Assembly: GCA_016220165.1 (NCBI GenBank)
Contig: JACRIE010000022.1
Coordinates: 5,456 to 69,455, forward strand
Direction: 5' to 3'
Length of the DNA: 64,000 nt
Origin: Candidatus Peregrinibacteria bacterium
Lineage (GTDB): Bacteria; Patescibacteriota; Gracilibacteria; UM-FILTER-43-11; JACRIE01
Below are positions 52,611-63,241 of this stretch, piece by piece (the stretch's first letter is position 1; each line of letters begins with the position of its first letter). The notes below the pieces were generated by a model. It had not been told where the DNA came from. It worked only from the letters and a program-made list of their open reading frames with translations, and searched no databases. Made by a program: the position numbers and the translations under genes.

Positions 52611-53402
52611 ATGAATATTTTATTCATCGGCGATATCTTCGGGCGACCGGGGCGTGAGACGATCCAAAAAATCGTTTCGACCCTCAAAAAAGAACGAGCC
52701 ATCGACCTCGTGATCGCGAATGGGGAAAACATGGCTCACGGAAAAGGGGTCAATTTAAAAGCCTATCGGGAACTTGAGAAAGAAATCGATCTTTTTACAA
52801 CGGGAAATCATACCTGGGCGGATGAAAAAATCCTAGCCGAAGTAAACAAAGAAAACACGAAAATCCTAAGACCCGCCAACTTCCCGCCGGGCAATCATGG
52901 CAAAGGGTTTCAGGTGATTGAAAAGGAAAGGCGTAAAATCCTCGTCATCAACCTGATCGGCCGCGTGTTTTCGAAGCATCATTACGACTGCCCCTTTCGA
53001 ACCGTCGATGGAATTCTAAAACAATTTGAGCATAAAAAAATGGACGCCATTCTGATCGATTTTCATGCCGAAGCGACCAGCGAAAAAATCGCCATGAAGC
53101 ACTTCGTGAATGGCCGCGTCACCGCGCTTTTTGGGACACACACGCATGTCCAAACCGCCGATGCTGAAATTACGTCAGAAGGTATGGCTTACATGACAGA
53201 TGTAGGAATGGTAGGGCCCGCCGACTCCGTTATTGGCATTGAAAAAAATGAAATCGTAAAAAGTTTTATTTATCAAACTCCCTTTAAAATTGTCGTTCCG
53301 TCCGGACCTTGTATTTTCAATGCTGTTATGATAGAAGTGGATGAAAAAAAAGCTCATACAAAAGCCATTAGCCCGATTCATTTTTTTCTAAAAAATATCT
53401 AG
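52611..53402 (+). CDS. ymdB: YmdB-family metallophosphoesterase
   Basis: GDIFG, NGEN, GNH, DFHAEATSEK, GTHTHV. Confidence 0.92.
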   Translation: MNILFIGDIFGRPGRETIQKIVSTLKKERAIDLVIANGENMAHGKGVNLKAYRELEKEIDLFTTGNHTWADEKILAEVNKENTKILRPANFPPGNHGKGFQVIEKERRKILVINLIGRVFSKHHYDCPFRTVDGILKQFEHKKMDAILIDFHAEATSEKIAMKHFVNGRVTALFGTHTHVQTADAEITSEGMAYMTDVGMVGPADSVIGIEKNEIVKSFIYQTPFKIVVPSGPCIFNAVMIEVDEKKAHTKAISPIHFFLKNI

Positions 53403-53408
53403 CGCACT

Positions 53409-54665
53409 ATGAACACACCCTTTCAATCATTCAAAAGACAACACAAAGAAAGCCCTTCCGCTCCAAAATATGTGGGGCTGCTTATTCTGGTGTTTTTTGT
53501 ATTCATCCTTGGATGGAATGTGGGCGCCAGCCACATGCGCATTCAGCTGGAAAAAGTGCAGAAAACCAACATTTATTCAGCGACCGACAGTCTCCTTCTG
53601 AAAAATATCGACATGGATCTTTTTTGGGACGCGTGGCAGATCCTCAATGACAAATATGCTGATCCGGATTCCATAAATTATAACAAAATGTTAGATGGAG
53701 CTATTCATGGACTCGTTACCTCCTTTGGCGATCCTTACACAGCCTACATGAACCCTAAAGAAAATCAGGAATTCCAAAATAATCTTGAAGGAATGCTGGA
53801 TGGCGGCATTGGCGCGGAGCTTACTTTAAAAAACAATCAGCTAACGGTTGTATCTCCGCTTAAAAAATCCCCGGCATCGCGAGCGGGTCTCCAGCCTGAA
53901 GATGTCATCATAAAAATAAACGGTCAGCCTTCCGGAAATTTCACCTTGGAACAAGCGGTGAATAAGATCCGTGGTCCGAAGGGTTCTCCGGTTACGCTCA
54001 CAATTCTCCGAAAAAACACGGAAAAATCTTTCGAGATTCGTATAGTGCGGGACGCCATTAATATCGACTCAGTGAATTGGAGGATGAAAGACAATATAGC
54101 GATTATCGAAATCAATCAATTCAGCAATAAAACACAGGAAGAATTTAGTCAGGCCATTAACAAAGCGCTCAGTAAAAGCCCTCAGGGACTTATCTTGGAT
54201 CTAAGATTCAATGGGGGTGGCTATCTGGACAGTGCCGTGGCAATCGCCTCTGAATTTATTGAAAAGGGGAAAGTCGTTACGATTAAAAAACGTGATCCTG
54301 CCGACGACGAAGTCATTTATGTTAATGGGAAAGCGCGCGTCACCACGCTTCCCATGGTCGTGCTCATTAACAAAGGAAGTGCTTCCGCCTCTGAAATCGT
54401 TGCGGGCGCGTTACAGGATTATAAACGCGCCTATCTCATCGGGGAACAAAGCTTTGGAAAGGGAACCGTTCAGGAAGTAGACAATCTGATTGGCGGTTCA
54501 AGTCTTCGTGTTACTATCGCTAAATGGTATACGCCGAACGACAAAAATATTACGGAAGTCGGTATCACGCCGAATTTAACCGTTGCACGCACAACCGACG
54601 ATTTTCAGAAAGGTCGCGATCCGCAATTGGACGCCGCGTTTAAATATCTGAACGAAAATCATTAA
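53409..54665 (+). CDS. ctpA: C-terminal processing protease (S41, PDZ)
   Basis: DPYT, GIG, DLRFNGGG, SASASE, FGKG. Confidence 0.93.
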   Translation: MNTPFQSFKRQHKESPSAPKYVGLLILVFFVFILGWNVGASHMRIQLEKVQKTNIYSATDSLLLKNIDMDLFWDAWQILNDKYADPDSINYNKMLDGAIHGLVTSFGDPYTAYMNPKENQEFQNNLEGMLDGGIGAELTLKNNQLTVVSPLKKSPASRAGLQPEDVIIKINGQPSGNFTLEQAVNKIRGPKGSPVTLTILRKNTEKSFEIRIVRDAINIDSVNWRMKDNIAIIEINQFSNKTQEEFSQAINKALSKSPQGLILDLRFNGGGYLDSAVAIASEFIEKGKVVTIKKRDPADDEVIYVNGKARVTTLPMVVLINKGSASASEIVAGALQDYKRAYLIGEQSFGKGTVQEVDNLIGGSSLRVTIAKWYTPNDKNITEVGITPNLTVARTTDDFQKGRDPQLDAAFKYLNENH

Positions 54666-54671
54666 ATAGGA

Positions 54672-55118
54672 TTATTTGAGGAGCTTTCCCAATTCTTCTT
54701 TAAATTCTTCCACGTCTTTAAACTGCCGATACACGCTGGCGAAACGGATGTAGGCGATGTGGTCGAGAGCTTTGAGCGCTTTCATGACATCTTCTCCGAT
54801 CGTTTGGCTGGAGATCATTTTCTTATTGGCGCTCCAGCGCTCTTCAAGGCCGCTGATCATGTCGTCTATTTGATTTTGAGTGACAGGCCGTTTTCCACAG
54901 GCGATCCAGATGCCGCTTTCCAGTTTACTGCGATTGTAGGGCTCAAACGTCGCGTCCTTTTTCTTAACCATTAAACTCGCCATTTCAGCCCGCTCAAAGG
55001 TGGTGAAACGTCGGCCGCATTGATCGCATTCGCGTCGTCGTCGGATCACGCGCCCCTGCTCGGTTAGACGGGAATCGATCACCTTGGTATCCAGATTTTT
55101 ACACTTGGGGCATTGCAT
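54672..55118 (-). CDS. nrdR: Transcriptional repressor NrdR
   Basis: CPKC, DSR, RRRECDQC..RFTTFE, AYIRFASVY. Confidence 0.97.
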   Translation of the reverse strand: MQCPKCKNLDTKVIDSRLTEQGRVIRRRRECDQCGRRFTTFERAEMASLMVKKKDATFEPYNRSKLESGIWIACGKRPVTQNQIDDMISGLEERWSANKKMISSQTIGEDVMKALKALDHIAYIRFASVYRQFKDVEEFKEELGKLLK

Positions 55119-55120
55119 AA

Positions 55121-55217
55121 TTTCGTATAGTAGCTAGAATAGTTGATCGGATAGTGGCTCGGATGGTCGTCTACAATTGGATCTACAATACGAGCTACGA
55201 TACGAGCCGCTATTCGA
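55121..55217 (-). repeat. About 100-bp hairpin element of inverted 12-mers, copy 2
   Basis: Minus strand shares gcggctcgtatcgtagctcgtattgt and attgtagacgaccatccgagccactat with copy 1. Confidence 0.9.
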
Positions 55218-56366
55218 TTATAATTTACGATACATTTCCAGCGCGAAGTTGTCTGTCATTCCGGCAACGTAATCCTTGACAAGGATAGCGCGAGGCTCGG
55301 TCCGATCCGCGCGCGGATCCAAAGGAATCGCTTCAAAATGATCCATAAAATACGCGAAAAGAACCTGGATCGCTTTTTGACCGGTCAAATTATATTTGGT
55401 CACCCCTTCGGACTGATAAAAATGACTGTGGAGAAACATTTTAAGCTCATCATTCATCATTTGCATCTCGGGCGAAAAGGCAATGAGCGGCGCGGCGGTT
55501 TGATAAACATCCTCAAGCGTCCGAATAAAATGATGATTAAGAAGCGCATCGCTGTGACGGCAGACATCATGAATCATGAGCTTAATCAAAGCGCTTACCG
55601 TCATCGAGATCCAAACCTCTTCACCCGGCTCCATGGTTACTCCCTCTTGGGCTTTTTTCCAGAGAGCGATTCCATTAAGTTTTTTAACAGTCAGAATTCC
55701 CGAACGTAATCCGTCGTCAATGTCATGATTTTGATAAGCGATCTCGTCGGCCAGATTCACAAGCTGGGCTTCCAGAGAAGCCATGGGATGATCAATCTCC
55801 ACCCCTGAAGGCGCGGATCCAAATCCGCGCTTTGGGGGATGATCGTACGTCGTGCGGTGTTTGATGAGCCCGTCGCGGACCTCGTACGTCAGATTGAGTC
55901 CGATAAAATCGGCATACCGATACTCCAACCGCTCGACAATGCGCAGACTTTGCTCGTTGTGCTCAAAACGAAGGCCGTACGGCTGCATCATTTCATGAAG
56001 GGTTGTCTCCCCTGCGTGACCGAAAGGCGTGTGTCCCAGATCATGCGCCAAGGCGATCGTCTCGGCCAGATCTTCGTTGAGCCCAAGCGTCCTCGCCATG
56101 TCGCGGCTGATTTGCGCCACCTCCATGCTATGCATCATGCGTGACCGGTAGTGGTCGCCGTAATGCGCCACAAAAACCTGAGTTTTGCCCTTGGAACGAC
56201 GAAACGCCTTGGAATGAATCACGCGATCACGATCGCGTTGAAAAGAAGTACGGGTAAGATCGGATTTTTCCGTATAAAAACGTCCGCGCGATTGCCCGCT
56301 TTTCACCGCATACGACGCCAAACGGGATACCTCCTGCGCTTCAAGTTGGGAACGTGTAAAAATCAT
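55218..56366 (-). CDS. dgt: dGTP triphosphohydrolase (HD)
   Basis: FQRDRDR, KTQVF, AHDLGHTPFGH, ADEIAY..HD, VAGMTD. Confidence 0.92.
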   Translation of the reverse strand: MIFTRSQLEAQEVSRLASYAVKSGQSRGRFYTEKSDLTRTSFQRDRDRVIHSKAFRRSKGKTQVFVAHYGDHYRSRMMHSMEVAQISRDMARTLGLNEDLAETIALAHDLGHTPFGHAGETTLHEMMQPYGLRFEHNEQSLRIVERLEYRYADFIGLNLTYEVRDGLIKHRTTYDHPPKRGFGSAPSGVEIDHPMASLEAQLVNLADEIAYQNHDIDDGLRSGILTVKKLNGIALWKKAQEGVTMEPGEEVWISMTVSALIKLMIHDVCRHSDALLNHHFIRTLEDVYQTAAPLIAFSPEMQMMNDELKMFLHSHFYQSEGVTKYNLTGQKAIQVLFAYFMDHFEAIPLDPRADRTEPRAILVKDYVAGMTDNFALEMYRKL

Positions 56367-56432
56367 TCTAAGATGGCCTTACAAGCGTATTTACGTTATC
56401 ATATTTCCGTTGAATTTGTAATTGGGTTTTAA

Positions 56433-57020
56433 ATGCACGAACTTGAATTCCGTCGACAAATTTTGCACACGATTTATGGATTCGTTCTGGTAATCTTGCA
56501 TTTTTACGGTTTTCTCCCCCTGCCTTTACTTTTTCTCATCATTTTAGGGGGGGCGCTAACATCATGGCTGGTTCTAAAGAAAAAAGCTTCCTTCGTGGAA
56601 CGTTTGTTGCGAATTTTTGAACGCGAGCATCATCTTTTAAATTTCCCGGGGCGCGGCATGCTTTTTTTCACGATCGGCTCTTTTCTAGTACTATGGATTT
56701 TTGAAAAGACGCCGGAAACAGCCTATGCCGGAATTCTAATCTTAAGCGTTGGCGATTCACTGACCAATGTCGTTGGTCGGCAATGGGGGCGTATCAAAAC
56801 TCGCCTCAATCCCCATAAATATCTGGAAGGAACGCTGGTGGGGATTTTGGGATGCCTTCCTATCGCGTACTATTTTTCTCATAATATTTTTGCCGCCCTG
56901 GCGACCGCCTGCGTGGCTATGTTTCTGGAAATCCCGAATATCCGCATATTCGGCTTTGAAATCGACGACAATCTCATTATTCCCCTCGGAGCGAGTATTA
57001 CCTTATCTTTTTTTACTTGA
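56433..57020 (+). CDS. Polyprenol/phytol (dolichol-type) kinase family membrane protein
   Basis: RRQILH, GDS...VG..WG, K..EG, DDNLIIP. Confidence 0.8.
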   Translation: MHELEFRRQILHTIYGFVLVILHFYGFLPLPLLFLIILGGALTSWLVLKKKASFVERLLRIFEREHHLLNFPGRGMLFFTIGSFLVLWIFEKTPETAYAGILILSVGDSLTNVVGRQWGRIKTRLNPHKYLEGTLVGILGCLPIAYYFSHNIFAALATACVAMFLEIPNIRIFGFEIDDNLIIPLGASITLSFFT

Positions 57021-57379
57021 TGCGAAATCAGATCTCAGGACAAAATGGGGAAGATGTCGCGCTGGAATACCTGCGTCAAAAAGGCTATACAATCCTCGGG
57101 AGAAACTACCGGAAACGCTGCGGAGAGATCGATCTGATCGCCTTTGATCCGACGAATAAAGAGCTGACATTCATTGAAGTTAAACTACGAAAAAATCTCG
57201 TCTTCGGAACACCTGAAGAATCAATCACGGCCAAAAAATGGCAACGGATCATCAAGACCGCGCAGTGGTGGCTTAATGAAAAAAAACGGGCGGAAACGCG
57301 CTGGCGAGTCGATCTAATCGCCATCGAATACATCAACGATAAAATAAATATCAATCACATTCAAAATATCAGCCTATGA
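57020..57379 (+). CDS. YraN family endonuclease-like protein
   Basis: GE..A..YL...GY.IL.RN...GEIDLI...FIEVK.R. Confidence 0.92.
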   Translation: MRNQISGQNGEDVALEYLRQKGYTILGRNYRKRCGEIDLIAFDPTNKELTFIEVKLRKNLVFGTPEESITAKKWQRIIKTAQWWLNEKKRAETRWRVDLIAIEYINDKININHIQNISL

Positions 57380-58275
57380 ATCGATGGAAACAACTGCTCT
57401 TCGTGAGCCCCTTTCTTCTGGCGATCATTCTCATTATCGTCTGGTTCTACGTGCTCGATAAAGGGGATGTCCGCATTCAAACCAATGTGAGAAACGCCAC
57501 AGTGGATAGTGAAAACAAAACGATTCCCTGTGTCAAAAAACAATGTCTTCTAACATTAAAAACAGGGCCGCACCTTCTCACGATTAAAAAGGATGGCTAT
57601 CATCCCGCCACCAAAGCAATAGGCGTGGAACGAAACAAGACGACAGACCTAACGATCACCCTTCTTAAAATAGCACAATTGATTTCGGTCGAGGGAAGCC
57701 CAAGGTTCCCCGCCGCGGCGGGCGAGGGGAATTTGGTCTTTCTGGATCCCGCTGATAATCGCGTCAAAATACAAAAAAAAGAAGGCGTTAAGGTCATCAC
57801 GAGTCTTATCAATATCAAAGGAGCTCTGACATTTTACACGTCACCTAGCGAAGAATGGACTATAGGACAAAATGGAGCCGACTTATATCTAATGAATATC
57901 ATAAAAGGGACGCGTCAAAAAAAACCTCTTTCTGAAATAGCCTATAGCATCAACTGGGCTCCTGATAATGCGGGAATTTTATACAACAATGAAGCCAAAC
58001 AGATTTTTATGTTAAATACGACAGGAGAAACACGGCCTCTCAATGCTACAATCGACATCTCTTTGATAGGCTGGATTGATCCGCAGCGTTTTATTTATAT
58101 TACGGTAGACAACGGATTAACCTCCATAAACGTTTTTGATATCTCTTCGGGTGTCACAGAACAACTAATAACTAAAACCAATTTTTTGATCGACGTCATT
58201 CAATGGGATGAAACACAAAAAACTACTTATTTTCATGAAAATAAAGAAAAAAAATGGTATCGTTTAGAACTTTAG
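57376..58275 (+). CDS. PEGA-domain membrane-anchored protein
   Basis: N-terminal TM; G.H.LTIKKDGY; C-terminal beta-propeller-like region. Confidence 0.65.
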   Translation: MNRWKQLLFVSPFLLAIILIIVWFYVLDKGDVRIQTNVRNATVDSENKTIPCVKKQCLLTLKTGPHLLTIKKDGYHPATKAIGVERNKTTDLTITLLKIAQLISVEGSPRFPAAAGEGNLVFLDPADNRVKIQKKEGVKVITSLINIKGALTFYTSPSEEWTIGQNGADLYLMNIIKGTRQKKPLSEIAYSINWAPDNAGILYNNEAKQIFMLNTTGETRPLNATIDISLIGWIDPQRFIYITVDNGLTSINVFDISSGVTEQLITKTNFLIDVIQWDETQKTTYFHENKEKKWYRLEL

Positions 58276-58308
58276 GGATTTCTCTATCCTCAATAAAACA
58301 TATATTTC

Positions 58309-59457
58309 ATGAAGGAGTCTAAAAAAACCGTCAGAATTTTCGCGCTTGCCTCTTTTTTAAATGACATGGGTTCGGACATGATCGCCCCGCTGTGGCCGGT
58401 TTTTGTCACAAGCGTGCTGGGGGCGAATATGGCTATCCTGGGCTTAATTGATGGCCTTGGAGAGGCCTTAATGTCTCTTTCTCAGGCTATTTCAGGATAT
58501 ATCTCAGATAGAATCAAAAAAAGGAAAGTGTTTGTGTGGTTAGGATATTGCTGTGGAGGTCTTTCGCGCGTCGGATATGCCTTCTCAACGGTATGGCAGG
58601 AGCTCATCCCCTTTCGAATACTGGATCGGGCGGGAAAAATGCGTGCGGCGCCCCGGGATGCCATTATTGCGGAAGTTTCCACTCATAAAAATCGCGGAAA
58701 AAATTTTGGAATTATAAGAATGATGGACAATCTGGGCGCAACCGTAGGCATTATTCTTAGCATTCTTTTATTTCAATGGTTGAGCTATAAGCAACTTTTT
58801 CTCATCGCTTCGATCCCTTCAGTGGTAGCGGTACTCCTGGTGTTTTTTTTCATAAAAGAAAAAAAAACATCTGAAACAAAAATTTTTAAAGGAATCAAAC
58901 TAAAACATCTCACTAGAAATTTAAAGCTATTTTTCGGGATGAGCGCCTTATTCGCGCTCGGCGCTTTCAGCTATTCCTTTTTAATGATTTACGCGAATCG
59001 ATTCGGCGTCAAGCCCATCGCTCTACCTCTGCTTTACCTTCTTTTTTCAGCCGTCGCATCGCTTGTCTCCATTGCGTTTGGGAAATTGGCAGATAAAAAG
59101 GGCCGAAAATTCGTGCTCTGGATCGCCTATGGGCTATGGGGCCTTGCATGCGCTAGCCTGATCATATCGCAGAACCTGATCATGATTATTATTGTGTTCG
59201 CTCTCTATGGCCTTCATAAAGGGGCTTTGGAACCTGTGCAGGCCGCGTTTGTCTCGGAACTGGCGCCTCCGGAATATAAAGCGAGCGTTCTTGGCGGCCT
59301 TCGAATGATCGTAGGACTTTGTGCGCTCCCCTCGTCGCTCCTCGCTGGTCTCCTATGGGATAAAAGTGGCCTCCTTAGCCCGCTATACTTTTCTCTGGGC
59401 CTCACCGTCCTCTCGCTCATCTTGTTGGCCTTCATCAAAGAAAAACGTACAAATTAA
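58309..59457 (+). CDS. MFS transporter
   Basis: GYISDRIKKRK, GKLADKKGRK; about 12 TM segments. Confidence 0.9.
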   Translation: MKESKKTVRIFALASFLNDMGSDMIAPLWPVFVTSVLGANMAILGLIDGLGEALMSLSQAISGYISDRIKKRKVFVWLGYCCGGLSRVGYAFSTVWQELIPFRILDRAGKMRAAPRDAIIAEVSTHKNRGKNFGIIRMMDNLGATVGIILSILLFQWLSYKQLFLIASIPSVVAVLLVFFFIKEKKTSETKIFKGIKLKHLTRNLKLFFGMSALFALGAFSYSFLMIYANRFGVKPIALPLLYLLFSAVASLVSIAFGKLADKKGRKFVLWIAYGLWGLACASLIISQNLIMIIIVFALYGLHKGALEPVQAAFVSELAPPEYKASVLGGLRMIVGLCALPSSLLAGLLWDKSGLLSPLYFSLGLTVLSLILLAFIKEKRTN

Positions 59458-59496
59458 ACCACAATCGGGTCCGCTATCAGTAATTCAAAATACAAT

Positions 59497-60165
59497 ATGA
59501 TCGACCTAATCCTTCATCTCGACGCCAACCTGATCGCCCTAGTACAGGCCTACGGCCCCTGGGTCTATGCCATCGTATTCGCCGTAATTTTTTGCGAAAC
59601 AGGACTCGTCGTCACGCCGTTTCTTCCGGGGGACTCGCTCCTATTCGCCCTCGGAGCGCTCGCGGCGACAAAGTCACTCAACCTGGGTTTGCTCCTGGTT
59701 CTTTTGGGCGCGGCCGCGATCCTGGGAGACACCGTCAACTACTGGATCGGACATACGCTGGAGATCAAATTGGTTGAAGGAAAAAAAATACGATTCATCA
59801 AAGAGTCTCACCTAAAAAAAACCGAGGAATTTTACAAAAAATATGGCAATAAAACCATCATCCTCGCGCGTTTCGCTCCGATCGTCCGGACACTAGCCCC
59901 TTTTGTGGCTGGCGTCGGTAAAATGAATTATTCGCACTTCCTCCTCTACAACATCATCGGAGGCGCCGCTTGGGTCACGCTCTTTCTCTCGGGAGGCTAT
60001 TTCTTCGGAAATATCCCATTCGTCAAAAAGAACTTCACGATGGTAATCTTGGGTATCATCTTCTTCTCAGTCCTTCCAGCGATAATCGAATACATCAAAA
60101 GCAAAAAGCGAACGAATATGCCTTCTACCGTTTCGACCACTGTGGAGCGCGACGAGCGCGTTTGA
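59497..60165 (+). CDS. DedA family protein
   Basis: [26 protein letters not shown]. Confidence 0.93.
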   Translation: MIDLILHLDANLIALVQAYGPWVYAIVFAVIFCETGLVVTPFLPGDSLLFALGALAATKSLNLGLLLVLLGAAAILGDTVNYWIGHTLEIKLVEGKKIRFIKESHLKKTEEFYKKYGNKTIILARFAPIVRTLAPFVAGVGKMNYSHFLLYNIIGGAAWVTLFLSGGYFFGNIPFVKKNFTMVILGIIFFSVLPAIIEYIKSKKRTNMPSTVSTTVERDERV

Positions 60166-60574
60166 GACCGAACTTTTTGCGTTCTTTAATGCGGGCGTCG
60201 CGCGTCAGGAATCCGGCATGCTTCAAATCACGACGTAAAATGGGGTCAAACTGCAAAAGAGCTTTGGCAATGCCATGGCGCACCGCGTCAGCCTGAGAAG
60301 AAACTCCGCCGCCAATCACACGAGCTACCACATCAAATTGTTTGGTCGTGTTAGTAAGTTTTAAAGGGGCCTTCACGTTACCGATCAAAGCTCCAAAAAA
60401 ATAGTCTTGAATGGGACGATCGTTAACTTCAATATTCCCCTTTCCATCTTGATATAAACGGACACGGGCAACCGACGTTTTGCGCTTTCCATTCGCGTAA
60501 AAATACTTCCATTTCCGCTCGGCGGGAACTTTTTTTTCAGAAACTTTTTCGATTATTTTGGCCTTCTTGGGCAT
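60125..60574 (-). CDS. rpsI: 30S ribosomal protein S9
   Basis: [29 protein letters not shown]. Confidence 0.97.
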   Translation of the reverse strand: MPKKAKIIEKVSEKKVPAERKWKYFYANGKRKTSVARVRLYQDGKGNIEVNDRPIQDYFFGALIGNVKAPLKLTNTTKQFDVVARVIGGGVSSQADAVRHGIAKALLQFDPILRRDLKHAGFLTRDARIKERKKFGLKRARRAPQWSKR

Positions 60575-60649
60575 AATAGTCAGATGTTAAATTTCAAGTT
60601 ACAAGTCCCAAAGGGATCACTTAGTGATTACGAGTTACGCATTTAAATT

Positions 60650-61084
60650 TTATAGGGTAACCGATTCAGGTTTTTGGGCGATATGCTCATGTTGCTCACC
60701 GGCATAAATCTTAAGTCGCTCCATAACAAAGCGTCTGGAACGATTGCGGGGGAGCATGCCGGAAACGGCATCCTGGAGAATCTTTGCGGGATTTGTTTTG
60801 CGAAGATCTCCCAATACCTCGCGATGTAGGCCATTCGGATAGCGCGTATGATGGAAATAATCTTTATCCAATTCCTTTTTACCGGTAACGTGAATTTCGC
60901 TCATGTTGATAACGACGACATAGGCGCCAACATCCACATGATGAGTAAAAATTACCTTATTTTTACCGCGTAAAAGATCAACAACTTTAGTGGCTAAATG
61001 ACCCAAAGTCTGTCCTTTGGCGTCAATTAAATACCATTGTTTTTCAGATTTTGTCTGAAGTTTGGGGAGCGTGGTCTTAGTCAT
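60650..61084 (-). CDS. rplM: 50S ribosomal protein L13
   Basis: WYLIDA.GQTLG, RGKNK, GMLP. Confidence 0.96.
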   Translation of the reverse strand: MTKTTLPKLQTKSEKQWYLIDAKGQTLGHLATKVVDLLRGKNKVIFTHHVDVGAYVVVINMSEIHVTGKKELDKDYFHHTRYPNGLHREVLGDLRKTNPAKILQDAVSGMLPRNRSRRFVMERLKIYAGEQHEHIAQKPESVTL

Positions 61085-61099
61085 AAATAAATTCAAGAA

Positions 61100-61456
61100 T
61101 TATACGAAAGCAATTTGAGCTTTGATGGCGGCATCCCCTGGACGAAAGCCCAAATGAGTAATGCGAACATAGCCGGATTTTCGATCCTTAAAACGAACCA
61201 ATAACTCCTCAACCATCTTATAAGAAGCGCGTGGATCAAAAAGTTCGATATTTAAAGTACGATGAGCGTTTAGAGGTGTTTTTGCCTTTCTCGCGCGATC
61301 CATCAGGCGTTCAAAATAAGCCTTTAGTAATTTAGCCTTAGGAAGAGTTGTTTCGATCTTTTCATGCAGAACAAGAGACGCGGCCATAGTACGCAACATC
61401 GCCCTGGTTTGAGGACTATTACGGCTGATCCGCTTATTTTTAACTAAGTGACGCAT
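61100..61456 (-). CDS. rplQ: 50S ribosomal protein L17
   Basis: MRH, IETTLPKAK, GYVRI, RPGDAA. Confidence 0.95.
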   Translation of the reverse strand: MRHLVKNKRISRNSPQTRAMLRTMAASLVLHEKIETTLPKAKLLKAYFERLMDRARKAKTPLNAHRTLNIELFDPRASYKMVEELLVRFKDRKSGYVRITHLGFRPGDAAIKAQIAFV

Positions 61457-61557
61457 AAGATTTCAAAGTTCAGGATTCGTAAATATAAATAAAATTTTTT
61501 GACAATTAGCTTTTTGGAATTCTGATCAATTGTCAGATGTCAGTTCTCAGGTGTTCT

Positions 61558-62547
61558 TTAAGATTCTTCTCCCTCACTCATCAATTTCAATCCGCGTCCG
61601 GCGAGTGCGTCATCCACTTCACTCATTGCCTTCTTTCCGAAACCTCGGAAATTGGATAATTTGCTGGGAGTGCATTTGACCAACTGTTCGATCGAACCGA
61701 TGCCTCCGTTGATCAAAGAATTAAGCGTGCGTGGAGAAAAATTAAGAATTTCGATTGGTGTATAGGATTCCTTTTTGGATTCCTCTTCTTCTTCCACGCG
61801 CTCCAGCTCTTTCACTCGCTGAATATCCGCTTGGAATTCCGGTTCCACAGTTTCCCCTTCAATCGTGAAAAGATTAAAATAAGACGACAAAAGATCCGCG
61901 GCGAATTTTAAAGACTCTTCAGGCATCATCGAACCGTTAGTTTCGACTTCAACAATCAATCGATCAAGATCAGTCATCTGGCCCACGCGCGTATTCTCAA
62001 CATTATAGCGGACTTTCCGAACAGGAGAATAAAGAGCGTCAACCAAAATCAGCCCGATCTCCTGATCAAGCTTCTTTCGCAGGGAGACGGGGACATACCC
62101 CACTCCCTTCGTGATTGTGATATCCATAGCCACTTTTGCCTTTTTAGCGGTAATGGTGGTGATATAGAGATCAGGGTTCAAAATCTCAATATCACTCGAA
62201 TGCTGAATATCCTTAGCGGTAACGATACCTTCTTTTGTGGCTTTTAAATGAACCACTTCTGGATCCTTGGTATGTTTTCGAACACAAAGCTGCTTAAGAT
62301 TCAGAATAATATCCAAAACACTGTCTTGAACGCCTGGGAGAGTGGTGTATTCATGCGTAACGCCCTCCATTTTAATAGCGCTTACAGCGGCCCCTGGCAG
62401 AGAAGAAAGAAGCACGCGACGAAGCGCGTTGCCCACGGTCATCCCATATCCGGAAGGAAGTGGTTCCATGACAAAACGTGCAAGATTTTTTCCAGAACTT
62501 TCGGTTTTAATTCTAGGTAAACCGATCTCTTCCTGAATAATATGCAT
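61558..62547 (-). CDS. rpoA: RNA polymerase alpha subunit
   Basis: EPLPSGYGMTVGNALRRVLLSS, DALYSPV, alpha-CTD. Confidence 0.97.
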   Translation of the reverse strand: MHIIQEEIGLPRIKTESSGKNLARFVMEPLPSGYGMTVGNALRRVLLSSLPGAAVSAIKMEGVTHEYTTLPGVQDSVLDIILNLKQLCVRKHTKDPEVVHLKATKEGIVTAKDIQHSSDIEILNPDLYITTITAKKAKVAMDITITKGVGYVPVSLRKKLDQEIGLILVDALYSPVRKVRYNVENTRVGQMTDLDRLIVEVETNGSMMPEESLKFAADLLSSYFNLFTIEGETVEPEFQADIQRVKELERVEEEEESKKESYTPIEILNFSPRTLNSLINGGIGSIEQLVKCTPSKLSNFRGFGKKAMSEVDDALAGRGLKLMSEGEES

Positions 62548-62577
62548 GGAATGAAAATTAAAAAATAAAGGAGGGAA

Positions 62578-63183
62578 TTAACGAGAGTAAAACTCAACAA
62601 TCAATTTGCTGTCCACGCTCTTTTCCAATTCATCTGCCTGAGGAATATCAGTAATTTCGATCATCAAATTCTTAAGATCGACCTTCATCCATTTTGGAGA
62701 ATAGTCTTTCAATTTTTCAAATCCCTGATAAAGCGGGGAAGTCTTTAGTTTTGGACGAACCTGGATCTTATCACCCGCCTGAACTTGGATAGAGGGAATA
62801 TCGACGCGACGGCCATTGAGCAAAAAATGTCCATGCCCTACTTGTTGTCTGGCTTGCAAACGAGTGACGGCAAATTGAGAAACATACATCACGTTATCCA
62901 AACGCAGTTCCAAAAGACGCAAAAGATTTTCACCGCTCTGGCCGGGTTGTCGAACGGCCTTTTTGTAATAATTATGAAATTGTTTTTCGGAAATGCCGAA
63001 AATACTGCGCGCCTTTTGTTTCTCGCGAAGTTGGCGGCCATATTCACTCAATTTAGCATAGCGTTCACCGTGCATGCCGGGGCGGGAACCGGAATTACGC
63101 ATAATTTTGGTATACTTCTCGTTTCCAAAAAGATTGACTCCTTCTCGACGGCATAAACGTGCTTTTGGACCTGTATAACGCAT
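62578..63183 (-). CDS. rpsD: 30S ribosomal protein S4
   Basis: RYTGP...LREKQK, LELRLDN, IVEFYSR. Confidence 0.97.
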   Translation of the reverse strand: MRYTGPKARLCRREGVNLFGNEKYTKIMRNSGSRPGMHGERYAKLSEYGRQLREKQKARSIFGISEKQFHNYYKKAVRQPGQSGENLLRLLELRLDNVMYVSQFAVTRLQARQQVGHGHFLLNGRRVDIPSIQVQAGDKIQVRPKLKTSPLYQGFEKLKDYSPKWMKVDLKNLMIEITDIPQADELEKSVDSKLIVEFYSR

Positions 63184-63241
63184 AGTAAATTGAAGATGAT
63201 AAATTAATTTTTAATTTTCAATCTTTAATTTTCAATTAAAG

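Noticed and set aside
60125-60165. 41-bp convergent overlap of dedA and rpsI
   Set aside because: Most simply a lost stop codon giving an unconserved DedA tail; no evidence of function.
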